Positions 1-14,019 of a DNA stretch of 64,000 nucleotides are shown piece by piece (positions within the stretch are counted from its first letter, which is position 1; each line of letters begins with the position of its first letter). The DNA lies in assembly GCF_009914755.1 (NCBI RefSeq), contig NC_060927.1; one strand, given 5' to 3'. A program made the position numbers and the translations under genes. The notes beneath the pieces are model-generated. The model saw only the letters and a list, made by a program, of their open reading frames with translations, made no database searches and had not been told where the DNA came from. The DNA comes from the human T2T-CHM13v2.0 reference genome, Homo sapiens.

Positions 1-83
1 CTTGAGCTAGCCAAATTTGTACCCCAAGGCCGAATGCTAGCTTTATAGCTTATTTCTGGCTTATAAAAATCCCATAAAACATT

Positions 84-372
84 GGCCGAGTGTGGTGGCT
101 CACTCCTGGCATCTGAGCACTTCGGGAGGCTGAGGCCCTCGGATCACTTGAGGTCAGAAGTTTCAGACCAGCCTGGCCTACATGGTGAAACCCCATCTCT
201 ACTAAAAATACAAAATATTAGCTAGACGTGGGGGTACATGCCTAGCTATCAGGGAGGCTGAGGCGAGAGAATCGCATGTACCCAGGAGTTGGAAGTTGCA
301 GTGAGCCGAGATCGTACCACTGCACTCCAGCCTGGGTGACACAGCAAGACTCTGTCTCAAAAAACAAAAAAA
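84..372 (+). mobile_element. Alu (AluS-type, small internal deletion)
   Basis: GGCCGAGTGTGGTGGCTCAC start, TACTAAAAATACAAAA linker, A-rich tail. Confidence 0.93.
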
Positions 373-1227
373 TCACATAAAACACATTAAAAGCAACAGG
401 TCAAATTGTATACTTAGCCTTTATATGCAGAAAAATATAGCCAAAATTATGTGATACAGCTGTGTATGAAGAAATGTCAGGTGCTTTTTTCTTCATATTC
501 GGAACTGTGTGGTTATTCTTCCATTATAGATAGCATTCGTCAATCTTCTACCGAAAAGTTCTATCAAGGCAGTCATCACGGAATCATCTTCAGAATCCAT
601 TCCTTCCATTCTACTTTTACTACCACCGTCACCTGAACAAGTTCAGCAATTTCTTGGAAAGATTGCACTCTTCCTGTTGTCAGGGCTGAAAACTCAATTT
701 CTAACATCTTATATTATTGGCTTATATAACTGGGGCGTCCAAGGTGTTGACTTCCACCGTGGACAGAAATGGGCTCAAAAATGTCATAAGGTCTCTGCTT
801 CTCTTTCTCTCTCTCTTTCTCTTGGGCTCTGTTTGTCTTTGGATGGCTTCCTTAAGGCATGCTTTCTCTATATGGTAGGCAAAATAATTGCCAACAATTC
901 TAGATTCCCATCTTCCAAATTTAGCAATCCCAGCAGAAAGAGATTGTTTTCTCAAAGAGCTCCTGGTTTTGATGGCATGCTTCTACACCCATCACTATAG
1001 ACAAGAGAATAGGGTCTCCTGACTGGCCAGGTCTGGGTCCCTGCCCATCTTTATACCTAGATAGTTTGTCAAACAGCTTTCCCATTGAAAACAGTAATGC
1101 TCATTTTACTGTGTGCTTATAGAAATGTGTATGTTATTGTATGGAACACATTGGCATTATTTCTAGATATATAATCATCAAAAGTAATGATTTATTATGA
1201 GCTTGAGAACAAAAACAATAATTTTCA

Positions 1228-1611
<384 letters not shown>

Positions 1612-1887
1612 CTATGAATAAATGGGTTCAATATATCATCCCCCTTCTGTGTCTATTTGGTGTCACCCATATGCTTTGTGAGGCATCATAATGTGTTGTA
1701 GGACTTCAGAGTGGCAGAACTACTCAGCAGTTGTCTTAGTCTTAACAGAATCCTTTGTAATTGCTTGAAACAGTGGGTCCAGGAAGGCACAGAGCTTCAC
1801 TTAATAGAACATGTGGCTAACTCTGGTCTATTCATGAGTGTCTCACTGACATATGCCCAAGCACCTGTCCCGCCTGGTGTATTTTAC

Positions 1888-2095
1888 ATGTCAGGCATCG
1901 TTCTAAGCACCGCACATCTTAACAACAACTCTATGAGATGTATATAGTTACTTTTATTATCCCATTTTTACAAACAAGGAAGCTGAGTTACAGAGAGATT
2001 AACTTTCCCAAAGTCACACAACTTCTAAGTAGTAGAAGCATGATTTGAGCCTAGACAGTTTAGTTCCAGAGTTTATGTTCTTAGTTACTACACTA
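1888..2095 (-). mobile_element. MIR
   Basis: Reverse MIR core: attatcccatttttacaaacaaggaagctgag..ttcccaaagtcacacaac..gatttgagcctagacagt. Confidence 0.8.
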
Positions 2096-2655
2096 TATTG
2101 CTGTATAAAAAAGTGGTTGAGTTTCTCCAAAGAATAGTTTATCAAACTTCATATTACCCCCACATTTGGATAATAGTAAGAATAAGCGGTCACAGCAATA
2201 TGTTGTGATTTAATGAAGACTACTGAAAATTACCCCTTCTACAAATGATCTCCCTCACTGTCTTTCTCTCATCTGGAATTCTAACAGTTAGGGTCTTACC
2301 TCTCTTACTTACCTCTTTGCAAATAACAGTGGGAGAGTTGAGACCCTAAACCAATATCAGGCACTGAAATATTTAAAATGAATAGTATAATAGTTTATAA
2401 AAATTATTTTGTAATTTCACAAGGCCCATAGGAAATTGGATAGGGAAACTCTGAGGACAAGGGGCAAAGAGAGCCTTCTACTACGACTGTGAAAAGCTAG
2501 CTGGCTTTTATGCAATGCAGATACCAAAAGCAGGAAGCAGGGATGGAAATGATGGTGGGGAAAACATTTGAAGAGTGTGAAGCACTTTAAGTTAACGAAA
2601 TTTTCACCTATCTTATCTCATTATAGAAGAAGGGATTTTAAAAACTGAATTAGAC

Positions 2656-2857
2656 CAGCAGTTCTCAAATGGGGTGATTTTGACCCCCAGGGTATCTTTG
2701 ACAATCTCTGGAGACATTTTTGATTGTCATGACGTGGGGAAGGGTTAGAGCTATGGGAGTCCAGTGGGTATAGGCCAGGGATGGTGCCCATTATCCCCCC
2801 CAGGACAAAGAATTGTTCAGTCCAAAATGTCGTCAGTGCCAAGGTTGGGAAACTCTG
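2656..2857 (+). mobile_element. MER20 (hAT-Charlie MITE)
   Basis: cagcagttctcaa...gggtgattttgacccccagg..ctggagacatttttgattgtca..aaagaattgttcagtccaaaatgtc..gtgccaaggttgggaaactctg; terminal inverted repeats present. Confidence 0.85.
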
Positions 2858-3449
2858 TCTCAGAGCTTGCATAAGTAACTTGGCTATGCCATATACTTGA
2901 CAAGTTTCAGAGTCAAGGCTAGAATCCAAGTAATCTGATGACAAGTCCTTTGCTTGTTTCCGTATTCATTTCCTTCAGCATGTCAGAGTTTGATACAGGC
3001 GATGGCTTTAGGTTTTTGGAATGATCGTGATACTGTTTTTAATGGTATAAGTTATTAATAGGTGTTTTTGCTTTTAAAGAGTCATCTCACCCCTCAGAAT
3101 GTTTAATATGCTCCAAGCCAGTGTTACCTCATGAAAGATAAGTCTGTACATAAAACACAAATGTCACCTTACATATTGAATTCTCATATGCCAGTGTTTC
3201 ACAATTTCTAGCAAATTATTTTATAAATGGAATGTGACTAACTCCTTTAAAGCTATTTTTGTTATTATTGAGGTAATTAAGATTTGTTCACCACTCTGTT
3301 TTTGTCAGTGCATCTGCTCCTTGGCAAATGAGGTATCAGATGGTCTTTACTGAGCAACTGTTATATGCGTAGCTGTGATGTGAATGAACAAAAGGCCTTC
3401 TTGTCTGTGTCTTTTTTTTAGCCAGAGCTTGGATTTAGCTTACGCTAAA

Positions 3450-4050
3450 TTATTTTTTTAATTGTAGATTTGAGATGTTTTATTATGAGAAGTTGGTAAT
3501 CATCTGTGTAAACTAATAAGAACTGAAAATTCATCATACATTTACTTATTTTTTTACCTTGATCTTCTAGTAAATGTTTAGCTTCATAGATTTAGGCTGC
3601 TATGTAAGAACATTCTCCTTTATCTGAGTGATGTGATTTAACAGAGTAATTTGTTTATGAGCATCTCTTATTCTTTCTTTATTGGCAGGAGGACTTGCAC
3701 CTCTGCTTCTCATTTTGTCACTTTGGGTTCAGACACCTCTGTAATAGCCATCACTGGGGGCAGATTTCAGTAGACTTTGAAAAACTTGTTTTCCCTGAGG
3801 CTCCATATGCTTCCTGGTTTGCAAAATATAATGACCCGCAAATCCTTCAACAACAGCAATGGTTAGGCCTAGCAGTTACCACCTCACTGGCCATGGCTCC
3901 AGCTCGGCTCCCTTGCCTCCACCAGAAGCATGGGTCACCCCAGCCCAAAGGCCAAGACCTCCAACGCCAGGCCTCTACCAGAAAGCAACATAGGCACCGC
4001 CAGCAGGTACAAACTGCCCAACCACAGGTGCCCTTGTGCCTTGTCTGCCT
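3450..4050 (-). pseudogene. Processed pseudogene of DNAJC19 (mitochondrial TIM14/PAM18 J-protein)
   Basis: Minus strand from ATG at 3894 reads MASEVV../GLTIAVVEGFAGHYILQTRKHMEPQGKQVFQSLLKSAPSDGYYRG../EPKVTK*EA../SPPANKERIRDAHKQITLLN../HSDKGECSYIAA*IYEAKHLLEDQGKK, matching the DNAJC19 protein as I recall it. It is intronless, with frameshifts and two in-frame stops, a GC-rich 5'UTR remnant (3895-4050), AATAAA at 3479-3484 (-) and an A-rich remnant near 3452. Confidence 0.92.
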
Positions 4051-4183
4051 CTTGTACCTTGATTCGGGATGACTCAGTTAATTTGCATATTGATTTCAAA
4101 TTGTCAGAAGTAACAGTCAAAATACAAACAGAAGGCAGAAGGCTGATGTAATTACTATATTAAAAGAAAATATATTAAAATGA

Positions 4184-4533
<350 letters not shown>

Positions 4534-5089
4534 TCGCAAACACAATTTTAAAGATGAAAGAGAACCACTGCCTAGTAAATATCAGGAAACCTCTAGGAAC
4601 CTTACTGACCCTATCTTACCTAATTCTTGCTATCAATCTATAAGATGGACATTGTTAGTTCTGTTTCATAGAAGAGGAAGTAAAAACTGAGAAAGTTAAG
4701 TAAGTTGTCTTTAGTGGTACAGCTAGAACCCACAGCTCTGGAATGTGAACTCCCATCCCTCTGATTCCAAAATTCTTTGTAGAATTCTTCCACCTTCATA
4801 CCCTCTCATCAGACTGAGTCATAGATCTGGACCGGGTCTTCAGGAAGACTGTAGCTTCTCCATCTGTAAGAGCCTTCAAAAAAGTATATGCAGCATTTGC
4901 AACCCAGCGCATTTACATCTTCACCTGTGTTTTTATAATGCTTGCTCAAAAGTTCTATGAAGTGAGGCTCTGCCCATCCTAGACCCCTGTTTCAGATATT
5001 TGAAAGGACTCTGTTAAGTATAGCACTAGTGCCAAGTGGTTCAACCACTCTGAATTCCTACAACGTATTACCGATTTTTCCCTTAGGTT

Positions 5090-5850
5090 ATTTATTTATT
5101 CATGTATTTACTCGGCCACTTAAGAAATATTTCTAGTATCCACTACACGCCATCCTGTGTACTAGACCCAGGAGGTTCAGTCGTAAGACAGACACCATCC
5201 CTTCCCTCAGAGATGCTACCATTCCATGTGATAAGACAACTAAGAAGCAAACAAATAAAATTTCCTGATTGAATTTAGTGGGAAGAAATAAAGTGGCTGC
5301 AGGAAAACAGGGAGACAGGGAGAACCACCGTAAACAGTGAGTTGGGAGAGATCTATCAGGAAAAGCTACCTCTACACTGAGATCCTGAAGGTGAGAAGGT
5401 GACAGCTATGTCCAGATACAGGGAAATGTGTTCAAAGCAGGCAGAAGAGCAAGTGCAAAGGCCCTGAAGTGGGAAGGATTTCAAATACTCTGGAATATGC
5501 AGAAGGCCAGTGTGACTAGAGTTCATCGAAGGGTAGAAAGATTAGAACAAAACAGTAAGCAAGAGAGGCTTTTTAAAAAGCTAGATCCATTAGGCTTCAT
5601 AATAAGGCTCCAGCAAGAAATTTTTTCAGAATGCAATGGCAGAGCCAAGGATATAGCTTTAAGCCAGGAGAGTGATATAATCGGATTTAAATTTTAAAAG
5701 ATCATCTGGCCACTGACTGAAGAATGGATTTGAGGGACAAGGGTAGAAATAGGCAGGCCAATTAGGAGGCTGTTTTGATAGACTAGGTGAGAAGGAGGGC
5801 GTGAAAGGGATGGAAAGATGTGAGCAGATCTGAAATAAAAGAGAAATTTA
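5090..5850 (-). mobile_element. L2 3' fragment
   Basis: Degenerate reverse L2 tail and typical L2 motifs (agagcaagtgcaaaggccctgaagtgggaa; ttttaaaagatcatctggccactg..agaatggatt). Confidence 0.75.
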
Positions 5851-6663
5851 ACAGACATTTACCTTGAGTGAGCTATCTGTGTACATTTTTTACTTCTCTG
5901 ACAAGCCTCTAAGCCAAGCTGTGTGTCTTATTCATCTTTGTATTTTCCTACTTCTCTTCTGGTAGTCATGATGAAAACAGAGTTCTTCAAAATTCTTCCT
6001 CTTCCAGATTTTGCATCTGTCAACAAAAACATTTTCTTCCCTGCAGAAAGTAGATGTTTGTCTCTAATTGTGGGGCCTGAGGTTTGCCATCCACATTTGC
6101 TCTTCTGCCAAAGTCACGCTGAGTCGTGGAATATTTTAATTTTTTTTAAGTTCAGTTTTTACATCTCATTAAAAATGTGTTGGCTGACATATTTCAGAAA
6201 TAAATATGCTTAATAATACCTCATTTAATTTAAGGCTCTCATTTAGAAAAAAACACTTTCAATGAAAAGACTTAAATTGATTAATCAAGGGATTTTTTCG
6301 TATTCCTTATTAGCAGTTATAAGACTAATGGTGATCTACCGTAAGCCTTCCCTTTGCCTAATGTGGTTAGAGCTACCAAAGAGAAATCGTTACAACCTGT
6401 CTAATATTTATAATGGCTATTCCAACTGACTGTTGAGACCATTTTAGCAAGAAAAGAATTAAAAACACTAAACAAGTCACATGTCTCAATTATGTTTATG
6501 TATATGTGGACAAATACCCTAAATAAAGATGAGGCTGTCATCTTTACTACAAATAATGTAGCAATGATTTATGGTTTGAACAATGACAGAATGACAGAAC
6601 TAATTTGCAATAGGTCATATGAGATAAATTTCACCATTTTTGGTTCATTTACTTTGATTTCAG

Positions 6664-6791
6664 AATTACCATTTCTGAAGATGGAAACCTCAGAATCATC
6701 AACGTTACTAAATCAGACGCTGGGAGTTATACCTGTATAGCCACTAACCATTTTGGAACTGCTAGCAGTACTGGAAACTTGGTAGTGAAAG
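6664..6791 (+). CDS. CNTN4: Contactin-4 coding exon (128 nt; second half of Ig5; ~exon 14 by recalled numbering)
   Basis: tttgatttcag| acceptor, G|gtaatg donor; translates (R)[42 protein letters not shown], with the Ig I-set DxGxYxC motif; ends phase 1 and joins 44417 to give D. Not shown in the ORF track in this frame. Confidence 0.96.
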
Positions 6792-9700
6792 GTAATGGCT
6801 AACCCAAAGAATTCGAATATTTATATATGTGTCCTCGTGTCTAATAATGTAATCTACCGAAGTGGCATCATTCATATTAATATGTACAGATACCACTGTA
6901 TTGCTAAATTAATTCATCACGGCAAACATGATATGATTAATAATTCTTAGAAAACTGCTGGTAATGAATATGATTGAAAGGCTATCTTATTTCAGAATCA
7001 TCCAATACAATTTTGAGAATTATAGCCATTGTATCTCTTATAGTATTGTAACGAATGTTATCTTCAATCCTTTAATTAAATTTCTTTCAAGTCTCTATAG
7101 ATTTGAAATTCATGTCTAGGAACACTATTCCAACAAATTAAAAACTCAAGACTCATGTACTATTTTTAGAAAACATTGTTTAAACAATGACATTGGTAAT
7201 TTTTAAGATAGCTGTCCCATTTATTCAGAGATATGGATATGGCTTATTATACTAATAGAAGGCTTTGATCACCTCTATGCTTTGCCTTAGTCACCCAGCC
7301 AACCTTGTCAGTTTTAAGGAAATAAAATTCCCATATACCATAGCCTGGGTGCTTTATAATTTTTGTAGCAGAAAGTCCTTTATGCTCTTAGCAAAGCACG
7401 TGAGTGAAACTATTTCAATATTAGCTTCATGGCATGGGCTGGAAGTGCTAAGTAACCATTGAAAAGGAGAAAATCTTAATTTACATTTCATTTGCATTTC
7501 TTTCACTTTATATATTGCCCTGTCATAGGATTTTTGAGTTGAAGGGATCTTGACAATGATTTGACTGAAGAAGATGAGGCTCAGGTTGGTGGTTCTCTCA
7601 AGGTCACGAGTAGCAGGAGACCTGAACCCAGATCCTGATTCTGAGTTCTTCTTGGTCCTTTATGCTGCACCAGGAAACAGGAAGCCTTTCCTGTTTCTGA
7701 GTAATTTATACAGATGGGTCATATCATATTATTTCCTTCTTGCCCATTTGTAGTTCCCTTGGTGAAGACAGATGAAGGCAAATAAAAATATCAAAAAAAA
7801 CAATTTGCCTTTAATTTAAAGAAGAAAGCTAAAAATTACCTAATTAAATATTTTAGGGTCATTAGAAGTTGGAAATGTACTACTCTTTTGGGAAGTCTTT
7901 TTATCATTAACATACTTGACCATGCAGATAGAAAATTGGAAGTCCAAGAGTTAGAACTAAATATATGTTTAGATTGATTACAACTATTTCAGTCTATTAA
8001 TTACTTCCTCAGAGCACTAGCATCAGTGTATGACTGACTGCTTGTTCACTCTGTTTCATAGGCAAAGGAAAAAGAGGTTAGATAATATTTGTAAAGTGCA
8101 GTTCTAGCTAGAGGTTTTTGCTAATGTATGACTGTCTTGGCTAAAGGAAGTTTAGTAATCATTTAGGACCAAGAGAGATCTCAATGTTTCAGAGCTGGTT
8201 AGACACAGAGCTGGGATCTGTTATAGATTATTTGTGAATTATGGAGATATAAGAGAATATTAGGTTGACATCTTAAATCATAGTTAAAAGACAGGGATTC
8301 AAGTCAGAGTGATCTGGATTTGAGTCTCATTTCTACCACTTACCAGCTCTTAGACAAGACACTTAGCCTGTGTGGGGATAATAGCAGTGCCAGTCTCATG
8401 GAGTCGCTTTGATAACTGTGAAAATCCATGTTAAGTGATTAGTGTGGTGCCTGGCACCTAGGAAATATTAATAGTTGTTTTGTTTATAAACATGTTTTCA
8501 TAAAATGAGGTTGTTCTGATGACTGTGGTAATCCATGCTAAGCGATTAACAGGGTGTCTGGCACCTAAGAAATATTAGTATTTGTTTTGTTGTTTATATA
8601 TTTTCAAATGGATATGCGTGTATTCTAAATCCTGTTGAAATGAACATTTATGATATTTCCACCCCAATAGAATAATTAGCATAGAGAAGTGAGCCTATAA
8701 TAAAGAAATGACTAAGAATATGAAAGATTCAAAACAGCTAAGCATAGAAACCATATATATGGTGTCTCATATTGTTAAAAGTAGGGTATTTTCACAGGTA
8801 GGAACAAGGTATGTTCTGTATTTTATTATCATCCTTCTTATAAGTATTGGCTTCCTTGGCTCTCCCAAGAGTTGGCAGAAAGGAGAGGCCTCTATTTCCC
8901 ATCAGAGTTTGCATCCCAGTGATACCACAAGCCCCAGGACAAAACCGTTCCCAACCAACTGTGCAGATCCCTGCTGCTCATCTTACACTGAATCACGATG
9001 CAAAGCCTACAAATATATCAGGGATTAAATACGTTATAGTTGCCTCATTTTTGTGTGGTTATAAATATTGCTAAGATAGTAATTTCTACCTATTCTAACA
9101 AACAAAATAATTTATTTCTTGCCTTCTAGTAAAATGTGAACAAGTATTCACCCAAGTAAGTATAGGATATAGTTTTAGGCAGTTTACAGTTACAATTTTT
9201 TAAAATTTTATTAACTATTTGTTTCTTTCAAGGTATATTAGGAGAACACTAGTTTTCCACTAACGGCAATAATAACAACAATATTTCAAAATAAATTTAC
9301 GTAAAGAAGTGAGTCGGTACAAAGAAAAGTACTAAATATGCATTGTTATAGGAGGATATGCAAAAAATCATGAAGATGGTATATGTGAATGTCTAAAACT
9401 AGGAAACATGACTTGAGGACAATTTCCAGGAGAGTTTTAGTGGACTTATAGATGCAGAATTAGTATGTCCTGCCTATGCTAGCCACATGATTCGCTGAAA
9501 CATGCACAACACTTTAAAAACTGAAATTTCCTAATAGGTGAGAGAACGAGGAGGGACTGAGGTAGGAAGAGCCTGGCCCAGTACAAAAAGAGGAAGGCAG
9601 GGATGTGTAGGTATGAGCCATGAGGTTAAGGGATGATGTGCCCAGGTAGCCTGATTGACAGGTAGAATTCATGTGTTTCCAAGCAGAGTTATTTCTGGCA

Positions 9701-11209
9701 GTGGCTCCTGGTTCTGAGCTGCAGTTAGTTTCTCCACAGAGGTCCTCTGATTCTTATATTCTTCTTCTAGGTGAGGTGGGGGAAAAAAGTTTTATTTGGC
9801 CAATATGTTCTCAGGAGTTAACAATCCTGTTACTTTAGATAAGGTCAGAAGAGATTTGGGGGATCATTTATCTCCCAGTGTGGTTGGTTCTCACTCCCAT
9901 TAGCATTAATGGGAAGTACGTGTGTCTGCAGAGGGGCCATCCACAGTGCGAGGTCTCCAAGAAGGACATTAACATAAACTGAGAAATATAATTTAAAAAT
10001 CTGCCCCATAAAGCACGATATAGGCAGAGAAAACCATTCTGAACTCCGCATGAACTGTGCCAAGTCCTGAATCCCACATCAAAATGCTTGAGCCCTGCAC
10101 CTTTAGTGCAAGTGTAACAGCTTAGCCCGAAATATGACTGAGCGCTGTATTTTAATTCAATTTTGAGATCTACAAAGGGACTAATTTATCAGAGAAGGTG
10201 TTCTGTAACCTTAAAATGTGCTTGTATTCTTTCCAATTTCCTCATGTGTCTGGGATTAAAACACCGTGAAGGTCGGGCGTCAGAACATATCTTTTCTAAC
10301 CTTTTTACAATAGTTCTATCATTAACCATGCTTTCAAAATCCAATTCTCTTTCTCCCTACCCTTGCCCCCATGTTTCGGAGAGAGGCTGAAGATAGTGTC
10401 AAACACAGGGTCAGCAGGTAGGGGAGGAGAGGGAGGTGGCACATCTATTCCACCAGATACAGGAGGTTTAGAATAAACCTCTGACAAGCAATCATCACAT
10501 GAATAAATATTCAGATTCTGCATGAGCAGGCTCCCAAACTGCAGAATTCTGACAGGTGCCCAGGGGGCTCTTGATTATCATCCCATCATCTGAATTCCTA
10601 AATTTTACTGGTTTTGTTTTTCAGGCTAGTTATAATATACTTGGGATTTGGTTTGCTGTTTCATTTTAAGCAAGAACAGTTCTTAAGTCAAACCCTCAAA
10701 TACTCACAGAAAGCATAATGTTAGACCTTTAAACAAAAATGTGCTTTTGTGATCATTGACATCATTAAGAACTCTACAGAGGGCAGGGTACATTTATATG
10801 CAATATTGTACTTACTAAATCATGTTTATCTCTACAGCAGAGTTAAAGGGGTGGTGGTGGGTGGGGATTTTGCATGACACAGTGCCTCTGCTATACAGGT
10901 TTCATATGACAGATATTTTTAAGTAGCAGTCCTAGAGAAGAGCAATTTAGAGTATTTGTTTGGATGTAGTTCAACAAGATAACTATGTTAATAGCAACCC
11001 TCACTCCTATTGATTATCTCCAGGACTCAAAATGTAGGGCAGTATGCTGTGGATGCTGTTAACATAGTCATCGTGCTGAACTACATCCAAACTGACCTTG
11101 AGCAATTTTGCAACTGGTGGTTCCAGACTATACTTTGGGAAACACTGTCCTACACCAAAGAACTTCGTACATGCATGCCACCTAGCAAGTGACAGTTCAG
11201 TAGAGTGCA

Positions 11210-11345
11210 TATTAGAAGTGCAGATCTCCTGGGCCTCACTCCTACCCTAACAAATCTAACTCCTAGGGAGGAGGCCTGGAAAAACCTACATTTAAAATAA
11301 ATACCCCAATTGATCCTTATACACATCAGAGTTTAGAACATTGCA
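11210..11345. mobile_element. MER5A-like hAT MITE fragment
   Basis: tgcagatctcctgggcctcactcc..ggaggcctggaaaaacctacatttaa..tgatccttatacacatcagagtttagaacattg. Confidence 0.6.
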
Positions 11346-11348
11346 TTT

Positions 11349-12030
<682 letters not shown>

Positions 12031-12914
12031 TTTGATAACTTTTTCTCTTCCTCAGATCTTCAAAATTCTGTCCAAGGTATAGTCTGGCCAAGCTATACAC
12101 AACTTTTCTTGTACCCCTGCTGATCTTGCATGCTGGAAATTTCCACATGTCCTTGAGTCTGATTATTAGCTGGAAGTGGTAGGGAGTTTTCTTTCCCAGG
12201 ACCTTAGCCTCACCCCAGTATCCAAACAGTTGACTTTAGAACTTGGATACGAGTTGAAAATCCAGAGGAGAGATAATAAATCATTGATTGAGAGGGAGGA
12301 GGAAAATTACTTGGCAGACACTGGAACAATAATTCAATTTGATTCTCCAGCATGTGGGGAGGATTCACACAGCTGGAACCAGAATAGTAAGCTAAGAAGA
12401 CCCTAAAGTAAGAAGCACATGACCTGGTGTTTTTTTAAAACACTTCTCTCTTCCTAAACCTCCCACCGTCACCAGCCTAAATCAGCAGAACTGTTCCACC
12501 TTTACCTCATAATTCTCAGACTGCATGTTCTTCCTCTAATAGCAATTTTTTTTTATTTTGAAATTGACTATATAAAGTTTTACCCTAATTCTGTCTGGAT
12601 TTTAAAAGAGTTCTTTTGGCTTTTCTGTTTATTTAAATGTCTAAATTCAGTGCATAGAATTACTTTTATAATAAGAAAAAATAAATTTATACTTTAAGTA
12701 GCTTTAATAGAAAAGAAGTCTTTAGTGGAAATTGACTAAGATCACAGATACACGTAACAAGAAATTATTTTGTATTTTCATTCTTCAACCCTACAAGCCG
12801 AAAAGGTTCCTGTGGTTTAGCTGAGCATTTAACGGATTCCTTTATTGCCAGAAAGAGTGCTCATTGTTCACCCCATAGAAAGTTTATTTATGTTTAAATC
12901 AACAGATTTTTTCA

Positions 12915-12948
12915 TATATATATATATATATATGTGTGTATATATATA
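12915..12948. repeat. (TA)n/(TG)n microsatellite
   Basis: atatatatatatatatatatgtgtgtatatatat. Confidence 0.9.
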
Positions 12949-14019
12949 TTTGTACCAGCACCAAAGAGTATCTACAGCATTACTATTGCGCACTATATAA
13001 AATTCTTCTGTTTTAACTGTAGGACATTGGGAAATATCAACCTTTCCATGCATAGCATAATAGACGCAATAAAGTAGAGTCTTTTCAGTTGGAACTTTAT
13101 TTTGCAAATGAGTTTGAAGCAGCCCAATCTTCTATGTAAAACTGTTCAAGGCTTTATACAGATTTGACAGGGGATCAATCAGAAATCAGTAACATACAAT
13201 GACGGTTGGCTGCTAACACACAACAAAAGCTTTTAACATTGGTCCCTTATAACTGAATACATTTCAACCCAATTAGATATCTTCCACTGGAACCAATTAT
13301 TTCTGGGTGATAATTAAGGGTATTTCTAATAGGATTAACACAAATTGTGACCCTAGGCATCTAGAGTAGGAAGGAAAAGTTTGTCATTAGAAGTGCTAAA
13401 TGCTAATTATGGTAGGTCCCTCAGTAGAAGAACATCTGGCCAGAACATTTCAATACTAGATCCTGTTAGATCTGAGATCTGTCACCCTGGAGTTGGTACC
13501 AGCTATGGTAGGAGAATCTTAAAAGAAGGGTAGGTAATTGTGCATCTTGTTCTTCCTGTGTTCACAAAGCGTGTGACATAACCTGGAAATCTGATGAAAC
13601 AGGGTGTGATTATTTCCTCTGACATTCTTATGGACATGTGTGAGAGCCACGTAGATTGAGCAAATAACATGCCTTTGGCGATATCAATCATGAGTAGAAT
13701 GATTCCCCTTTTGTCCAAATCTCTCTGTAAAAACCTTCTCTCCTTTTGTAATGCTGATTGCATACCATGACAGTCTGCCCTGACTCCAGCCTGCCCATCA
13801 CTTCTCCATCCTTGGTCTAGAGGGAAGATGTAATTCCTTAACTGTTACATTTCTCTATGCCAACTCTGTCTTTCGTAGCAAAGCCTCTATGCTGAAGACA
13901 GGCCTCGTATTTTTGCTTTTGGCATAAAAGACACTCTGTGGGTCAAGAAGCTTGTGTGGTAACATCACCTCATTAATAATCAGGGAAAGGCAATGTAAGC
14001 ATCTGTGTGGTGTGATTTT

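Noticed and set aside
3695-4151. 125-aa, 73-aa and 61-aa ORFs
   Set aside because: Antisense or off-frame readings of the DNAJC19 pseudogene and its GC-rich UTR; no recognisable protein
6492-6740. 82-aa plus-strand ORF overlapping the first exon
   Set aside because: Wrong frame; the true exon is 6664-6791 in another frame
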